A stretch of 53,965 nucleotides of DNA, counting the filler, from Circinaria calcarea (Eukaryota), in NCBI GenBank assembly GCA_051942165.1. It is 2 parts of 2 records of this genome, joined end to end, with 100 filler letters (N's around TTAATTAATTAA, not from the genome) between each part and the next. Parts side by side here need not be neighbours in the genome. Positions count along the whole stretch, not along the records: positions 27,044 to 53,965 come from JAVECS010000073.1; 1 more part is not named here. One strand, given 5' to 3'. The notes under the pieces are model-generated. The model was given only the letters and a program-made list of their open reading frames with translations, was not told the DNA's origin and made no database searches. The position numbers and the translations under genes are program-made. Positions within the stretch are counted from its first letter, which is position 1; the number at the start of each line of letters is the position of its first letter. Below are positions 38,458 through 51,689 of this stretch, piece by piece.

Positions 38458-39511
38458 TGAACTAACCATGTGGTCTGTTTTCTGTGGAAGGACCCGTCAC
38501 CGGGGAGAAGAAAGCGGCAAGCAGATAGCAAATGTGACGATCTCCTTTGGGCTTGTCCATGACTTACCAGTGAGAGGACGATATTTACGATGATACCTTT
38601 GCATATGGCTCTCCTTTTACATACGAAGATGGGAAGACGTTGTGATGTATGTGGAGCTCTCAGGTGGAAGTAGATACTGTTGCATTCTATTGCTCAATCA
38701 CGCTATAACCTTGCATTGTGTTGTCAAAGATTGTGATCTGGTTGATCTCTGATTAGATACGGTGAAATTTCCTCGAGACAAGTTGCTCATCTAAACATCG
38801 TTACGTTTACCTACTACCGATACCCCCACTATTCTGAATAGAATAGTAGTGCCACGGTTCGACCGACCATTCTAGGTCTCCAGGCCCTCGATATTAAAGC
38901 CTTATTATCCCCCTCGAGCGCTGTGAAGAGAACTAAAAGTTCGAAACCTGACACACCTTTGCTTCTTCACGCGTTGGTAAAGCTGATCGATTACACCTGT
39001 AACCGAAGATTTTCGGACTTTCTTGGTTCGGATTGAGTACATTGAAGGTAAGCTTCTGTTGACAAAGGCTGGTGGGCCTCAGTGACAGTAGTTGAATGCC
39101 TTGTTCATTTGATGGTTTCTTCCCTGTCCTCGAGCTTCTACTGCCCGACTCTCCCGTTAGATCTGATTCTCGGTTCTCTGGAGGACTCAACTACAGTCCT
39201 AGTTTTAAAACTCTGGTGTTTTCAGCTAGCACTCTCCGGAGAGCGGAGCCTTTTTATCTGCTTCTGTTGAGTAACTGGCTTGAAATCCGAACAATCAGGT
39301 TGGGCCTTGGTCAGACGCGTTCGAGGTTTTCTTCGGTGTTGCTTAACCACATTGAAAGGATGTTCTTATAAAATTCGAGGATCTGCCACATGACTTTTCC
39401 CAATGCATGTATATGGGACTTGTAACAAATCATATTGCTTGCGCATGTCATGATCTTTCCTTTGCTGCAATGAAAGCCAATAATGAGATATCAATTTGTT
39501 GCCCGATTGAA

Positions 39512-41122
39512 TCATGAGAACTTAGTAGGGGTAACATTCCCACTCCCCTTTCCCGTCTTCATCAAACTTATATTTTCTCTTAATGCCACGTACTCCGAAT
39601 CTGCATACCCTAGCAGGCCCTCGATCTCTGTACTCCTCACTCCTTTGATCCGACTCACTTCGGCCGAGGAATAATTGACCAATGCCCTGCCTATTTCTAC
39701 AGGAGGAGGCTTCAACCTCTCGAAAAGCTCAGTGTCGTTAGGTTCCTCGTTCTCGTCCGTCGTAGAGTCATTCAGAAAAGGGCCTAGTGGCCTTGTTTGG
39801 AGGCCAGAAAACGGCCTCCTCCTAAGGCGCTTGACAACTACAAGTCGGACGGCTTCTTGCTGAGCGAAATTGCCAAGTACATCAACAACGCCGGCAGGAA
39901 GAAGGCCTGCCTTGTCGAGTAGTGCCCGATGAGCGCCCTCGTCGATATAAATGGTCCCATGGGGTGCTAAGCCGTGGAGGAGCCAGAAGGACCGATCACG
40001 TATGGGATTCGGATCGGGCAAGAAACGAGTATGTAAAGGCGGTTTTGTTATACTATTCAAACTAAGGGAAGAAATCGAGTAGGATAGAGAATCGTCTGTA
40101 GATGGCGTAGGTGGTCCACTAGGGGAGTTAGAGCTCGTTTGCTTTAGAGCTTGCACATAGTTAAGGATATTGACAATTTGTCCCGGCTTCGAAGAGCGGG
40201 TTATGATAGTCGTAACTCCGGCAGATGTTGCTAGACGGGCTGCCACTATCTTTGTGGACATGCCTCCTGTACCGAGACTGGATCCGGTGGTGGAAACATC
40301 AGCTGCGAGGGAAGATATGTCCTCTACCACTTCGATAGCTTGCGCATCTGGGTTGGAGCGCGGATTCTTGTCATAGAGGCAGTCTACATCGGTCATTAGG
40401 AAGAGATAATCGGCTTGGACCATGGCTGCGGTGATAGCGGAAAGAGTATCATTATCGCCAAATTTGATTTCCTATAAGTATCAGGGAGGCACCTTCAGAC
40501 CAAGAGATCCATGCGGGCTTACGGTGACTGCTAGGGTATCATTCTCATTGACAATTGGGATGACTCCCATGTTCAAAAGCTCTGTGAAGGTATTCTGGGC
40601 ATTCAGGTACTGTGTCCGCTAGCTTGATAGTCAGCATAGGAACCTCTTCCTACTAACCACAGTGACTTACGTCTGCTATATCGTTTCTTGTCAACAATAT
40701 CTGAGCAACTGGCTGTTGCAGGTGTGCAAAGAGACTGTCCCATAAGCTCATGAGTCTGCATTGTCCCACTGCTGCCAATGCCTGAAACACTATCAGCCAG
40801 CTAAGCTTCCTTTCCCCACCCCTGTTCGTGGCCCATACCTGTATCCTTGAGAGACGTTTCGGCCTCTTCTCCGTGTCCATCCTACGCAAGCCAACCGCAA
40901 TGGCCCCCGAAGAGACAATAATGACTCGGTGTCCATCGTTGTGCAACTTGACGGCAGTTTCGACGATAACCGAGAGGATAGAGAGGATAGGTTCATGTGT
41001 CTTCTCATCGACGATTGAGCTAGAGCCTATGAAAACCAGGGCATCAGCGTCCACTCAGGAAACGAGCCCGGACCTCTCATACCCAACTTAATGACTATAG
41101 TGAGGTTTCTGTGGCCTTTCAT
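39512..41122 (-). CDS. PRO1: Glutamate 5-kinase with PUA domain
   Basis: [58 protein letters not shown] and a C-terminal PUA domain. Four short introns. Confidence 0.95.
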
Positions 41123-41331
41123 GCTGGCCTACCTCTAATCTGGAGTTAAAATGACTCACACTACTGGCAGCGATTCCGATCCAATGTCATTCTGCAGAAT
41201 CCTCGTATTTGTAGAAGCCCTATAATGCGTGATGCTTATTGATCGGTTCCGAGATTATTGACTCGCTTGGTAGCCTTGCTAGGGTTTCGGAAATTTTGAG
41301 GATTTCTCCGCCCTCATTTCACCGACCTTCC

Positions 41332-42124
41332 ATGGCCGCTGCCACGGACACCAAAGATACAGGCTACACGCCGGGGAACGACGGCTTCACAAGATGGCGC
41401 AATTGGTTCTCTCTCGTCACCGGGAATATGAGCGAGCAGGGCAAAGAGCTATATCGGGTTGCACGAGATCAGCGCATGGAAGAGGCAGATTGCAAACGAT
41501 GTGAAAGTCAGAGGGACTATTTATTACAGTATAGTGCGTACAGATCCCCTTCACTACAAACCCTAGCTTACGTGCTTTCACTAGGCCCAGTCGTCCTTTT
41601 CATGCGGGATAAAATCAACCAGCTTGGTGGAGATATACACAATGGCAACGTTCGATGTCGGCGGTGTACTTCCAGACAGTCAGGAGGGTTTGACCCGAAC
41701 TATGGAATCCTCATATGCGCAAATGAGCTGAGGAATCGAGGACATCTGGAGGACACGCTGGCGCATGGTACGTGAACCTTCGGCAGTCACAACAGTTGGA
41801 AAATACTTATGATAGGCAGAAATGGTGCATGCCTATGATCATCTACGATTCAAGGTGAAATGGACGGATGATCTACGGCATGCCGCTTGTGCAGAGATCC
41901 GGGCGTCATCTTTAAGTGGCGAGTGTCGGTGGTCACGGGAGTTCTTTACAAGGGCTCAATGGAAGCTCACGCAGCAGCATCAAGAATGTGTACGGCGGCG
42001 CGCTGCGCTTTCCGTGGCGCGTAGACCGGGCTGTAAAGACGATGTGCAAGCCGCAAAGGTAGTGAACGAGGTTTGGGATAGCTGCTTTACAGACACAAGA
42101 CCGTTCGATGAGATATACAGATAA
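41332..42124 (+). CDS. ATP23: Mitochondrial inner membrane protease Atp23 (M76)
   Basis: GGFDP..GILICAN, HEMVH zinc motif formed across intron 41768-41819, and [17 protein letters not shown] further intron at 41534-41584. Confidence 0.95.
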
Positions 42125-42383
42125 ACCCGGCATAGCTTGAACGGATTGGCTATGTGTTTTGGGGATATGTGTTCAATTTCGACACATGTTTCATTCCATT
42201 CTTCTTTTACCAGATATCTGTACAATATGGAAAGCATAGCCAGGGGAGTGTGGTATTGTACAAAACGACGGCATTCCTATTCAACTCCAATTATCGTGCT
42301 CTTCACTCAAGATCCCCTAAACACCGATTGACGTCCAACCCTACCCTGTATGCCAAACAAGCCTGAAAATAATAGTGAAGAGA

Positions 42384-43750
42384 TCATAACTGTGTCGATT
42401 GAATTGATAGCAGTTGTTTCGGTGCTTTTCCACCAGAGCTTCTCTGCGCGGCTCTCTCTCCCTTGACGCAATGCTTAACGATCCAGGGATGCTGCTCTAT
42501 GTCTTCCAGAGCGAGGCGCTTATCAGGATCAAGTACAAGAAGCTAAGGCAAGATCAGCTTTTCATTCTGGTGTCCCATCCAGGTCAATTACCTTTTTTAT
42601 TAGATCCCTGGCCTCCGCGCTTATGAACGACGGAATTGTCATTTCGCCCCTTACTATTCTCCTTTGGGTACGCTCTTGCGTGTCCTCGAATGGCGCTTCC
42701 CCAACCAGAAACTCGTACGTCAACACCCCTAAACTCCACAGATCCACCGCCTGGCTGTAGAAATTATCCTCACTACCGCCCTTAATCATCTCAGGTGGCA
42801 GGTAATCCAACGTGCCACACATGGTGTTCCTTCTGTTGTTAGGTGCATGCACACTCCACCCGAAATCCGCAATCTTGAGCTCGCCATGAACGCCTACCAA
42901 AATGTTCTCAGGCTTGATGTCGCGGTGCATGACGTGCTTTTTGTGAAGATACTTGAGCGCAGCAGCCATCTGGGCAATATACTGTGCGGCTTTCCATTCT
43001 GGAAATTTAGTCTCTTTGCGAAGATGCTTGTAAAGCTCGCCCTTGCCTGCGAATTCGAGAATGAGGAATATTCGTTTACTGTCGTGAAAGTGGCCGAATA
43101 GTCGAAGTATGTTAGGATGACGAAGATTACTCTGAATCTCGATCTCCCGTCGTACTTGCTTCTCTACCTTTCCCTTCTGGAGTTCACACTTATGAAGGAC
43201 TTTCAGCGCGCAGACATAGCCAGTTGACCGTTCCTTTGTTAGGTAGACTCTGCCAAACTTCCCTTTCCCAAGCGGCTTTCCAATCTCGAACATTCCAAGA
43301 TGCCATTTCTTTTGCTGCGGCTGTTCATAGATTGGAGGATTTGAAAGTCGCTGTAGAGCAGTCTCATCCGAGATTCGCGAAATTGAGGTCGCGCTAGATA
43401 CTTTGCGCGGAGGCGATTGAGGCATATTCGATCCTCGCCATTGCGCAGCTTGTGAAGGAACCGTAACAGTGGTGATAGTGGCAACTGTCTTGGCATCATT
43501 CGTATTTTGCAATGCAAGTTTGAGGAGATTTGAGCGATTGGAGTTCGAGGTCAATTGAGTTGTAGAACCAAGTCCTGATATTGACATCGCAGTAGAAAGT
43601 GATCCCTACAACAAGTTAACTGTTGCTTCAAGAATATGAGCGGTTATTAATCACCTTAGATTTATGATAGACACCACCTCCATTGGCCGGCTCGTTTTCA
43701 TCGTTCACGGTCAAGCCTTCGAGACGAGATTCAAGAAGTCTGATTGCCAT
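42384..43750 (-). CDS. IPL1: Aurora kinase
   Basis: [43 protein letters not shown] and [13 protein letters not shown]. Introns 43606-43654 and 42543-42591. Confidence 0.95.
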
Positions 43751-44128
43751 GTTGAAGTGCAAAATGGTGAAAGTCGAATGTTCGATCCTAATGTTTACAA
43801 GATTACCAGGTCGTTAACGGGGAAGGCAATCGATATAGTCGTAGAAGAAGTCAGTATTCCATCAATCAATGTAGAGCGGTGGAGATCGGGATCGCACTAG
43901 TCCTTTGGATTTTTGTTGTCGTCGTTGGCGGCGCAACAATCGATTCTCAGCCCTAACCGCGACCCCGTTGGAAAATGGCTCTCACGGAAATACAAAGTTA
44001 CATGTAGATTTCCGCTTCCGTTGTTGAGTCTCAAGCAAAAAACCAAGGATGCGCCGTGTGCCTCTGGAACACCCTTGGAACTCCTTCCGTCCACTACAGA
44101 GTGAAACCTGATCGTACGATCAAGGGCC

Positions 44129-45058
44129 ATGGCGATGAATGGCCATGGCAGCCCGAACGCTCACTTCCCCTCCCCTACCGATGCGGGCAACACCATCACC
44201 CATCGGGGGTTTAAAATCACCACGCGCAAACTACCAATCCTCAAGGCGGAACCGATCGAAAAGATGACTTCACAGTTGGGTATCGCCCCTCCAGAAATGA
44301 TTTTTGGAGATAATTCGATCTCGATCGAGCATGCGACTGCGGGATGGCGCATCAACTTCAACACCTTTGATGCGTTGAACCAGGTTGACAAGTCTGGGGC
44401 TTCGATGCTGCAAGTGGCACATTCCAAGGAATGGCAGAGTACTAGGTGCCCTCATGCTTGAGCCTGGGAGAGTTTGCTCAATGATGGGCTGATGTTTCCC
44501 AGGCAAGAGAAGCACAAGGGCATCACCGAAGTAGTGAAGCCATTCGACTGGTCCTACACTACAAATTACAAAGGCACCCTGGGATCGGAAAACTCTGCCT
44601 TCAGGCCTTCCACAACGCCGATCCCCTTAGAGCTACTGAAGCGACCAGATCCTATATTATTCTTCGATGAGGTTATGTTATACGAAGACGAAATGGCGGA
44701 CAATGGTATAACTATGCTGTCATGCAAGATAAGGGTCATGCCGGCAAGACTACTTTTACTATGCCGGTTCTTCATGCGACTCGACAATGTGCTCTTTCGA
44801 ATACGGGACACAAGGGTATACATCGACTTTGAAACCTGTCAAGTCCTCCGGGAATATGTAGCAAAGGAGGAGAAGTACGAAACCGTCAGATTGGTGAGGA
44901 AACTTATTCCCGCAGTCCCGATTCATGAGAGCTGAAACTTGGTCCAGAAGCTTACATCGGGTCGTGAGGATGTTCTAGCGCAAATGAGAGATCCTAACCG
45001 ACTCACAGAGGTATTGCCTGTGGTTGATAAATCATTGGAGCAATTGGTGATGTTGTAA
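44129..45058 (+). CDS. TIP41: PP2A/Tap42 regulator Tip41 (TIPRL)
   Basis: PPEMIFGDN, KPFDWSYTTNYKG, LYEDEMADNG, KIRVMP and FFMRLDNVLFRIRDTR. Two short introns near 44446-44502 and 44894-44948. Confidence 0.93.
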
Positions 45059-45348
45059 GAATTGTACGTGGGGATTATTTGCGATTTCATGACACGTGAT
45101 GTGAGCAAAGCACTTGGCAAAGGAATGGTTCATACCAGGCATGACTTCAATCATCCACAGAAGACTATTCTGCAGAATAGGAACTTGTCAAGCGCGGATA
45201 GTTTGACGCGCGATCGCGTCTATATTAACACGAGCAAACAAAGCAAACCATCTCTCGAGTCATGACGTCCAAGGGATTTTTACTCGTAGACCATAATTAA
45301 TCTTACGATTCCATATTTGTTAACGGTTATCGTTGTCGACTGAGCACA

Positions 45349-46488
45349 ATGGCTACTACAACCCAATGTAATACGTGCTTATGTTTGATGAGGCAGCACA
45401 CCTTACAAAGAGCTACACAAACAGTAACTTACCGCGCAAAGAATGCTTGATATACGTCTAACCAGAATGAAAGATCAATCATCGACAGAACCAGATCCTA
45501 TCAGCATACGAACCTCTCCGCCGATTCTCTACTTCCCTCCTACGCTTGGCAGCCAATGCCGCGCCCAAGAAGGCCTATCCCGCGGCGCCCATTATCCCTC
45601 CAAAGTCAGATCCCCCTTCCAAGAATGTAGATTTCCAACCCAACACCACCAGCCCGGCCCTGAAGCTGGCCAAAGAGGTACGGAAACGTGCCACGGGCAT
45701 CACGGAAACATATATTGCCTACGGAGTGACCGAGATGCTCGTGAAGGAATGTTCGAGGCAGGCCGACTACTCGATACCCCAAGCGAGCGAAAAGGGCGTG
45801 ACGATCCCAAAGACAGCGCAAGAGGAGGACCTAGGCGTTGGAACGGGTTGGTGGTACGAAAGTACGTGATCACAAGGCCCTTTGACACCGGAGGGGACAA
45901 ACTAATGTATCCTCTGCCTCAGAAGCCGGCCTGACCCCTACCTTTAATACCTGGGCCCAAGTCACGCTCCTCCACATGTACCTCCTCACCGTCCGCATGC
46001 GCTGTTTCCCTCCGGACCACGCCCCTGCCTGGCATCAACACATGATTGATCACTTTTCCTACGCAGCTGAAGACCGCATGGTCGTGCTTCACAACATCTC
46101 CTCGCGGATGATACGGAACCGATACCTCAAAGATCTATTTGTGCAATGGCGGGGGCTCACTGCCCGTTACGATGAAGGCTTGGTCCAGGGGGATGCGGTG
46201 CTGGCGACGGCGGTGTGGCGCAACATCTTCAAAGGCGATGCGGAGGTGGATCTGATCAGGCTGGGACAGGTGGTGAGCTACATACGGAACGTCCTGTCGA
46301 ATTTTGATGCGATGGGTGATGAGGAGATTGCGGGTGGGGATGTGGTGTTTGGGGATCCGGAAAGCGAGGCTGCGTTGGTCCGGCTTCGGAGTAAGATGAT
46401 GGATCAGCCGTTTGCCGAGGGAAAAGGGGAACCGAGTACGAAAGTGAAGCAAGGGCAAGTTGCCGCCGGACCGGGGATGACTAGCTGA
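45349..46488 (+). CDS. CBP3: Ubiquinol-cytochrome c reductase chaperone Cbp3
   Basis: TETYIAYG, PTFNTWAQVTLLHMYLLTVR, QWRG..YDEGL..GDAVLATAVWRN and a presequence-like N-terminus. Introns 45424-45473 and 45862-45922. Confidence 0.9.
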
Positions 46489-47347
46489 CCGGGCTTTGAC
46501 CCAGCCAGCAGCCCATCCATGGATGCTGAGATTCCCTAGTGTCTCCTTCTGCTAGTACATATTGTATATGCAACATGTGTATAGAGTACTCATTACTAGC
46601 CAATTTCTCCCTCGCTTTTCTTCCTTATTGCTTCATCATTTTAGTGTACATCTCGATCTCTTTCGTAGTCCCTTTTCCCTTCCTACTCCTACTTCTTTCT
46701 TCCGTCTGTCCCTCTCCGCCTCTGAAACCCACGGTACACTGACAGATCCCAGAAACCAAGGCAGCTCCACTACCAGGCAATTAAATACCCTCGTTTTCTT
46801 TTTCCTAAAGCCATGGCTGTCGCGTGCATCGTACCGATCTGGATATCCTTATAGCAGGAGTATAACAGAGCAAAGCAAAGGCCAACAGCGAATTGGTGGA
46901 ACGTTATACAAGTTATTTATTATATGTGCATACGCTATGTACTTGATAGATCGACTCGAGGTGATTAATACAATATACTTGGACAACTATCCGCATAGCG
47001 TCTTGCGTTATCAAGCATAGCACAAGGCCAATCTTGATAACATCCATTGCAGCATTGAGCAACGGAAGTAGGGAACTCATTGTTCAGATATGTACTTCTG
47101 TCAAACCTTTTAGGTTAGCTCCTCGGGCGCATGTTATTCCAAGCGCCCACACGCACACATAGATAGATTCTCTCGCTGCATTGCATGCAGCAGAACAGTT
47201 ACACATAGCAACCGATACACGTAGTTGCAGCAGGACTCGCTCTTTCACTCATTCATCGATGCATTATAGTGACGCCGTAGCTTTACAACTTCCCATAAGG
47301 GGTCCTCATTTCTTTTGACCACTATCCCACGCTAGGAAACGTTTCAC

Positions 47348-50132
47348 CTATTTCTTCCCAAATAGGTCACCCTCAACCAAGGCCCTACAGATTGGATGGT
47401 AGAAGGACCTGTTCTTCTCGAATGTCTTTACTGCCAAATCGCGGTCGACTTCATTCAGTAGGCGAAATCTACCGATTAGCTGTCAGCATGTACTGCGCTT
47501 CTATTCGAATACCTATCAAACAGTGAGGAATTCAACATACAGTGGTCGTACCTGGAGTGTTTAATATCAGTATTTGCCTTCTACACAGAAGAAATAGACC
47601 TTACGAATTTCATCCTCCCAGTCGTAGCTAGCAATTCAGCGGTTGGCTGATAAACATCTTCATCTCCCGATTTCAACCCAACTCGAAAGTATCGGCTGAC
47701 TACCTCTACATTCTTACTCTTGTCCAATCCGTAGATCTTTCCCATGACTTTGACAACGTGCTTCGGAAGGGTTCTCTTGAAGTCCAGCACCCTTTCCAGG
47801 AAAACCACGACTTGATTGGCAGTCCAGCCGGTGATATCTTCCTGCTTAGGTGAGAAGCGGTCTTTACCACCTTCTAATGTTTCGGCATTGAGTGACTCCC
47901 ACTTGTCGGCAAGAGCATAGCAAACGTCTACGAGGGAAGTGTCGAATTTGGGCTTGGGAGGAAAACCAGGGGCATAGAACCACGTGTCCCAGTCTAGATC
48001 GTTGATCAACTTGAATGCTCGAGTATCCGAAGCGAAGAAAGTAAGTAAAGTAGATTTGAAATCGTAGGAGTCGAGGGATTTATATTTGTATGTCGTGAAG
48101 TACTAAATACCTTAGCAAGGTTATGAATCTAGCATAGGAGTGAGATCAAGGATCTGGAAAGTTCTCTCGTCTTTCCGGAGATAGGGGTACTAGTACTACC
48201 TACATAAGGGATAAATTTGTCCCACCTCTCCTTTCCAATGAGGTTTTCTAGGTAGTACAGGAAAGTGGATCCTTTTTCGTATGGGATGCTCGAGAAAGCA
48301 TCATCGGGATCTTTCCCCTTCAAGGCGATAATGAGCTTCGTAAATTCATGGTCTGATCCGAAATGAGTTATTGAATCTGAAAGCGCCTTCCAGCCGATTA
48401 TAGCGGAAAACGAGCGATAAGGTTCGCCATGGCTGGGGCGAACTTAGTGATTTCTCCAAGTATGGCAGTACTCAAGCCTACATTTCGGCCAGTATCTAGT
48501 CTTATTGTGAGTGGTCGTAAATATAATAGCAAGAAGAGACAGAATATACCCTTCTTTCCAAGTATACAGTCCAACCTTCATTGAGCCAGAAATGCTCCCA
48601 CGAGGCGTTACTCACGAGGTTACCACTCCAACTATGGGCAAGCTCATGGGCAACGACGTCGACGTTCTCTCGATCCTGAAAAAAATAGTATGTAGTGTTA
48701 GCCGTACAGGATAACAAGTCCTAGCGATCCTTGCTTGCTGAATTTGAAGTCGTTGTAAGGTGTAATAATATAGTAAGGTCAACGGCTTCCCGCTATCTAA
48801 AGACATGTACGTGAAAACGAGTGTACTGACTTACTCCAGAAATTATAGTCGGGGTCGCGAAAGTGAAGACTAAGATTGCACAGAGTGGTTAAGTAGAAAT
48901 CCGGGGCACTGTCTTACCAGTCACTCACCTGGATTCTCCATGCCGCCAAAAGGAAAGGAAGGCGGTAGAACAAGGACATTGTACGTGGTCCATGCGTAAG
49001 GATACACAATTTTCTTACAGAATGATCAGCAAACGCATTCGGTGTTGAATGCTGGTCTAGATTTGCTTACTTCCGCTACCTGAATGAAACGCTCAGTATC
49101 TGCCTCGAGCTCCCACTTTGCCGCTTCGATCTCCTCAGGCCCGGTGGCAACGACGCTTCGGGGGCCAATAGAGGCTGTTGCAATATCCCTGTATCTAGTG
49201 AGCGGTACTGCACGTTAGTTCGGCATCCAGTGACCGACCCGCTGGCAATGGCAAACAAATAACTTGGTATTGGCACATCTTGCTTGAATGAGTATAGTCT
49301 TGTCTCGGACTGGCCATCTTTGTCGGGCTGAGGGGCCTCAATTGCCGTGGAGAGGCCGCTGGCAAATACAGGCAGAGGGGAGTGAATGTTGAAATCAAAG
49401 GTGGACTTCACATCTGGAGTGTCCTGGCAAGGAAAGACAGAACGAGCATGGATTGCTTGACACTGGGAAACTTGGAGGAGTCAGTCATCACCGAATGAGC
49501 CGGAGCTTAACTTGGCACAGGACAGCTGACACATATATGGATGCTTCTTGTTTGACGTCTGCGCTGGAGTGAGCCACTGCAAAGCTGTACACTCTTTGGT
49601 GGTTCGAACTCGAATCTATCCCATGCTTATCAACCGAGGCTGCTGCCACCGTCCGAAGGTGCCGTCGACCCACATCAATCTCCACGCTCCGCTCCATCTC
49701 CACACCAGCCTCGAGACTGATCTTCAAGGCACTGCCATATGGTTCCAGCCTAGGGAGCAACTCCCATTTGGGCGACGACCCGTCCAGCTTGACCTCTTTG
49801 ATGTCCAGATAACTCGTATCAAGCAGAATATCACGAGCTTCGGCATTTGTGACGGACCTCAGCTGCAATATCACGTTACCATCCAATCGCTTGTGGTCGA
49901 AATCAATGGTAAAGTTTGCAACTGTGTGGGTGGTAGTAAAATTATGGTAATTCGACAGGGTATTGGGATCACGGGGGGTGGTGATGGAGGCTATTCTTTG
50001 AGATTTGCTATTCACGTTGAAGTATCGGAAGCATAGCCACAGGCCTTGTTGCCGCCGACAGCTCAGCGGGAGACCTGCAGGAGAAGAGCTCCTCAAAGAG
50101 ACACGTGACTGCAAGCGAGTCAATCGGCTCAT
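47348..50132 (-). CDS. LAP2: Leukotriene A4 hydrolase / leucine aminopeptidase 2 (M1 family); start uncertain
   Basis: [42 protein letters not shown] (HEXXH-18-E), YEKG and GRMKFVRPL. Many short introns including micro-exons. Confidence 0.92.
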
Positions 50133-50886
50133 CCGACACGAGTCCTGACGGTGACTATGGAGTAAAACATTACCGTTCAATGACCCCTCCACTTCCGCCT
50201 TTTGATGTAGAGACGCTTGTCTTAGCGCCGGAAGGGGCCGACTACCGCGTACCGAAGTCGTGCAAAGTAAAATAACGTTGTGGAGCTTAGTCAGCACCCG
50301 CATGTATTTAGTTTCCCCACCACTCCTCTTAGACTTAGCAACACACCAATCAACCAAGTCAACCTCCATAGCATCGTCCCTCTCTATATAGGGTCACAAC
50401 GTTGTAGGTTGTCTTGTTGGTAACGTTGATTGAAGCATCATCATGTGAACACGAGATTGATAAGTACATTCTCTGGAGTATATGATCTCGCATTGTCCTC
50501 TCTACTCTTTCTCTGTATTGCCTTTATTCGCCGCATAGATACATCTTCTCATACTATCCCAGTTAAACCATCCAGACAATCATCCCCGTTAACAAATCTC
50601 TATATACCCCCGAATAATGCGAGGTTCGATATCACTACGAGTAGCGATGCCGTACAATTAGCACTGCAAGATGCTAGATATGTAGTTCTGCCTTAAATCT
50701 CCGAGAAACTACCCTTATCATACCCAAGCTACAGCAGTGAGATAACTCATAACAGGATAAAAGCTTTAGTGAAGTGAGGGAAAGCTAAAATACCTCGTAC
50801 TTAACAATGACATTACTTTCAATCTCACGATCGTTTACCTTATATACATCAGGTTCTCCTTCATCTCTTCATTCATCCAGCCTTAC

Positions 50887-51550
50887 ATGTCAGTCAACCC
50901 AATCATAGCGGAAGCCGTAGAAGTCAAACGATCCCGGTTGAAGGATATACACTCACTGGGAAGATGACTACGACACAGAGGGACTCAACATGCAAGTTCT
51001 AGACCATGTCAAGAACTCCATCTTCCTTCCCAAGTTCCTACCCCTCATCCTCGCAGGCCACCCTGCACCAGACCTCAAGATCGTCGACTTCGCTTGCGGC
51101 AAGGGCAGTACCACGATTAAATTACTCAGCGTCCCCTCGGCCACAATTATCGGTCTGGATGCCACGCCCAGATTGTTCGAGACCGCCCGGCGTCGATGTC
51201 AAGAGCGCCTCACCTCTCTGCACGCTGGCGATCGAGCACTCCACCTTGCCGCAACCCTTTGAAGCGACCAGCAAATCATTGAAGTCGGGTGCCTTCCTGT
51301 TGCCATCAAACATGTATTTGGATTTGCTCCGGATTGCCCATCGCACTATCGTGCACAAAGAGACGGGGGAATTGCTGTGAGGTGCCAGTAACATCCATTC
51401 CGTCGGGGGCGTGAAAAAAGAAGCACCGAAATGGGATTCGAGCTTGTTGAGGTTCAAGAGGGCATTCCGGAAGACCTAAATCTGGAGGGGCCGATGCGGG
51501 GTATTGGGAAGTGTCAAGTGCTGGATTGGGTTTCTGCCGAGGAAGAAATG
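50887..51550 (+). pseudogene. Frameshifted class I SAM-dependent methyltransferase relic
   Basis: YTHWEDDYDTEG..MQVLD, motif I KIVDFACGKG and IIGLDAT. An in-frame stop at 50939-50941 separates these from the ATG at 50887. There is a further stop at 51260-51262, and downstream segments lie in other frames. Confidence 0.6.
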
Positions 51551-51689
51551 ATAACAGGATGTGTGTGAATCAACGACGTAACCCAAGATGTATTGAATAA
51601 GGAGCCTTCAAGATTCATATCTCTTACACGTAATTCCTGCTTCGCAAGCTTTCCCCTACTTGTTCACAAGCAATACACAGAAGATTTAT

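Noticed and set aside
900..43750. Apparent clustering of mitotic genes (LTE1, Sororin-like, Aurora) or trafficking genes (SEC18, KXD1, TBC, USO1)
   Set aside because: They are interspersed with unrelated genes, the mitotic set is split by the artificial gap, and there is no shared regulatory motif. Consistent with chance.
47120..47210. Two hairpins followed by ACA, resembling an H/ACA snoRNA
   Set aside because: No proper ANANNA H box between the hairpins, and it lies in probable 3' UTR of LTA4H.
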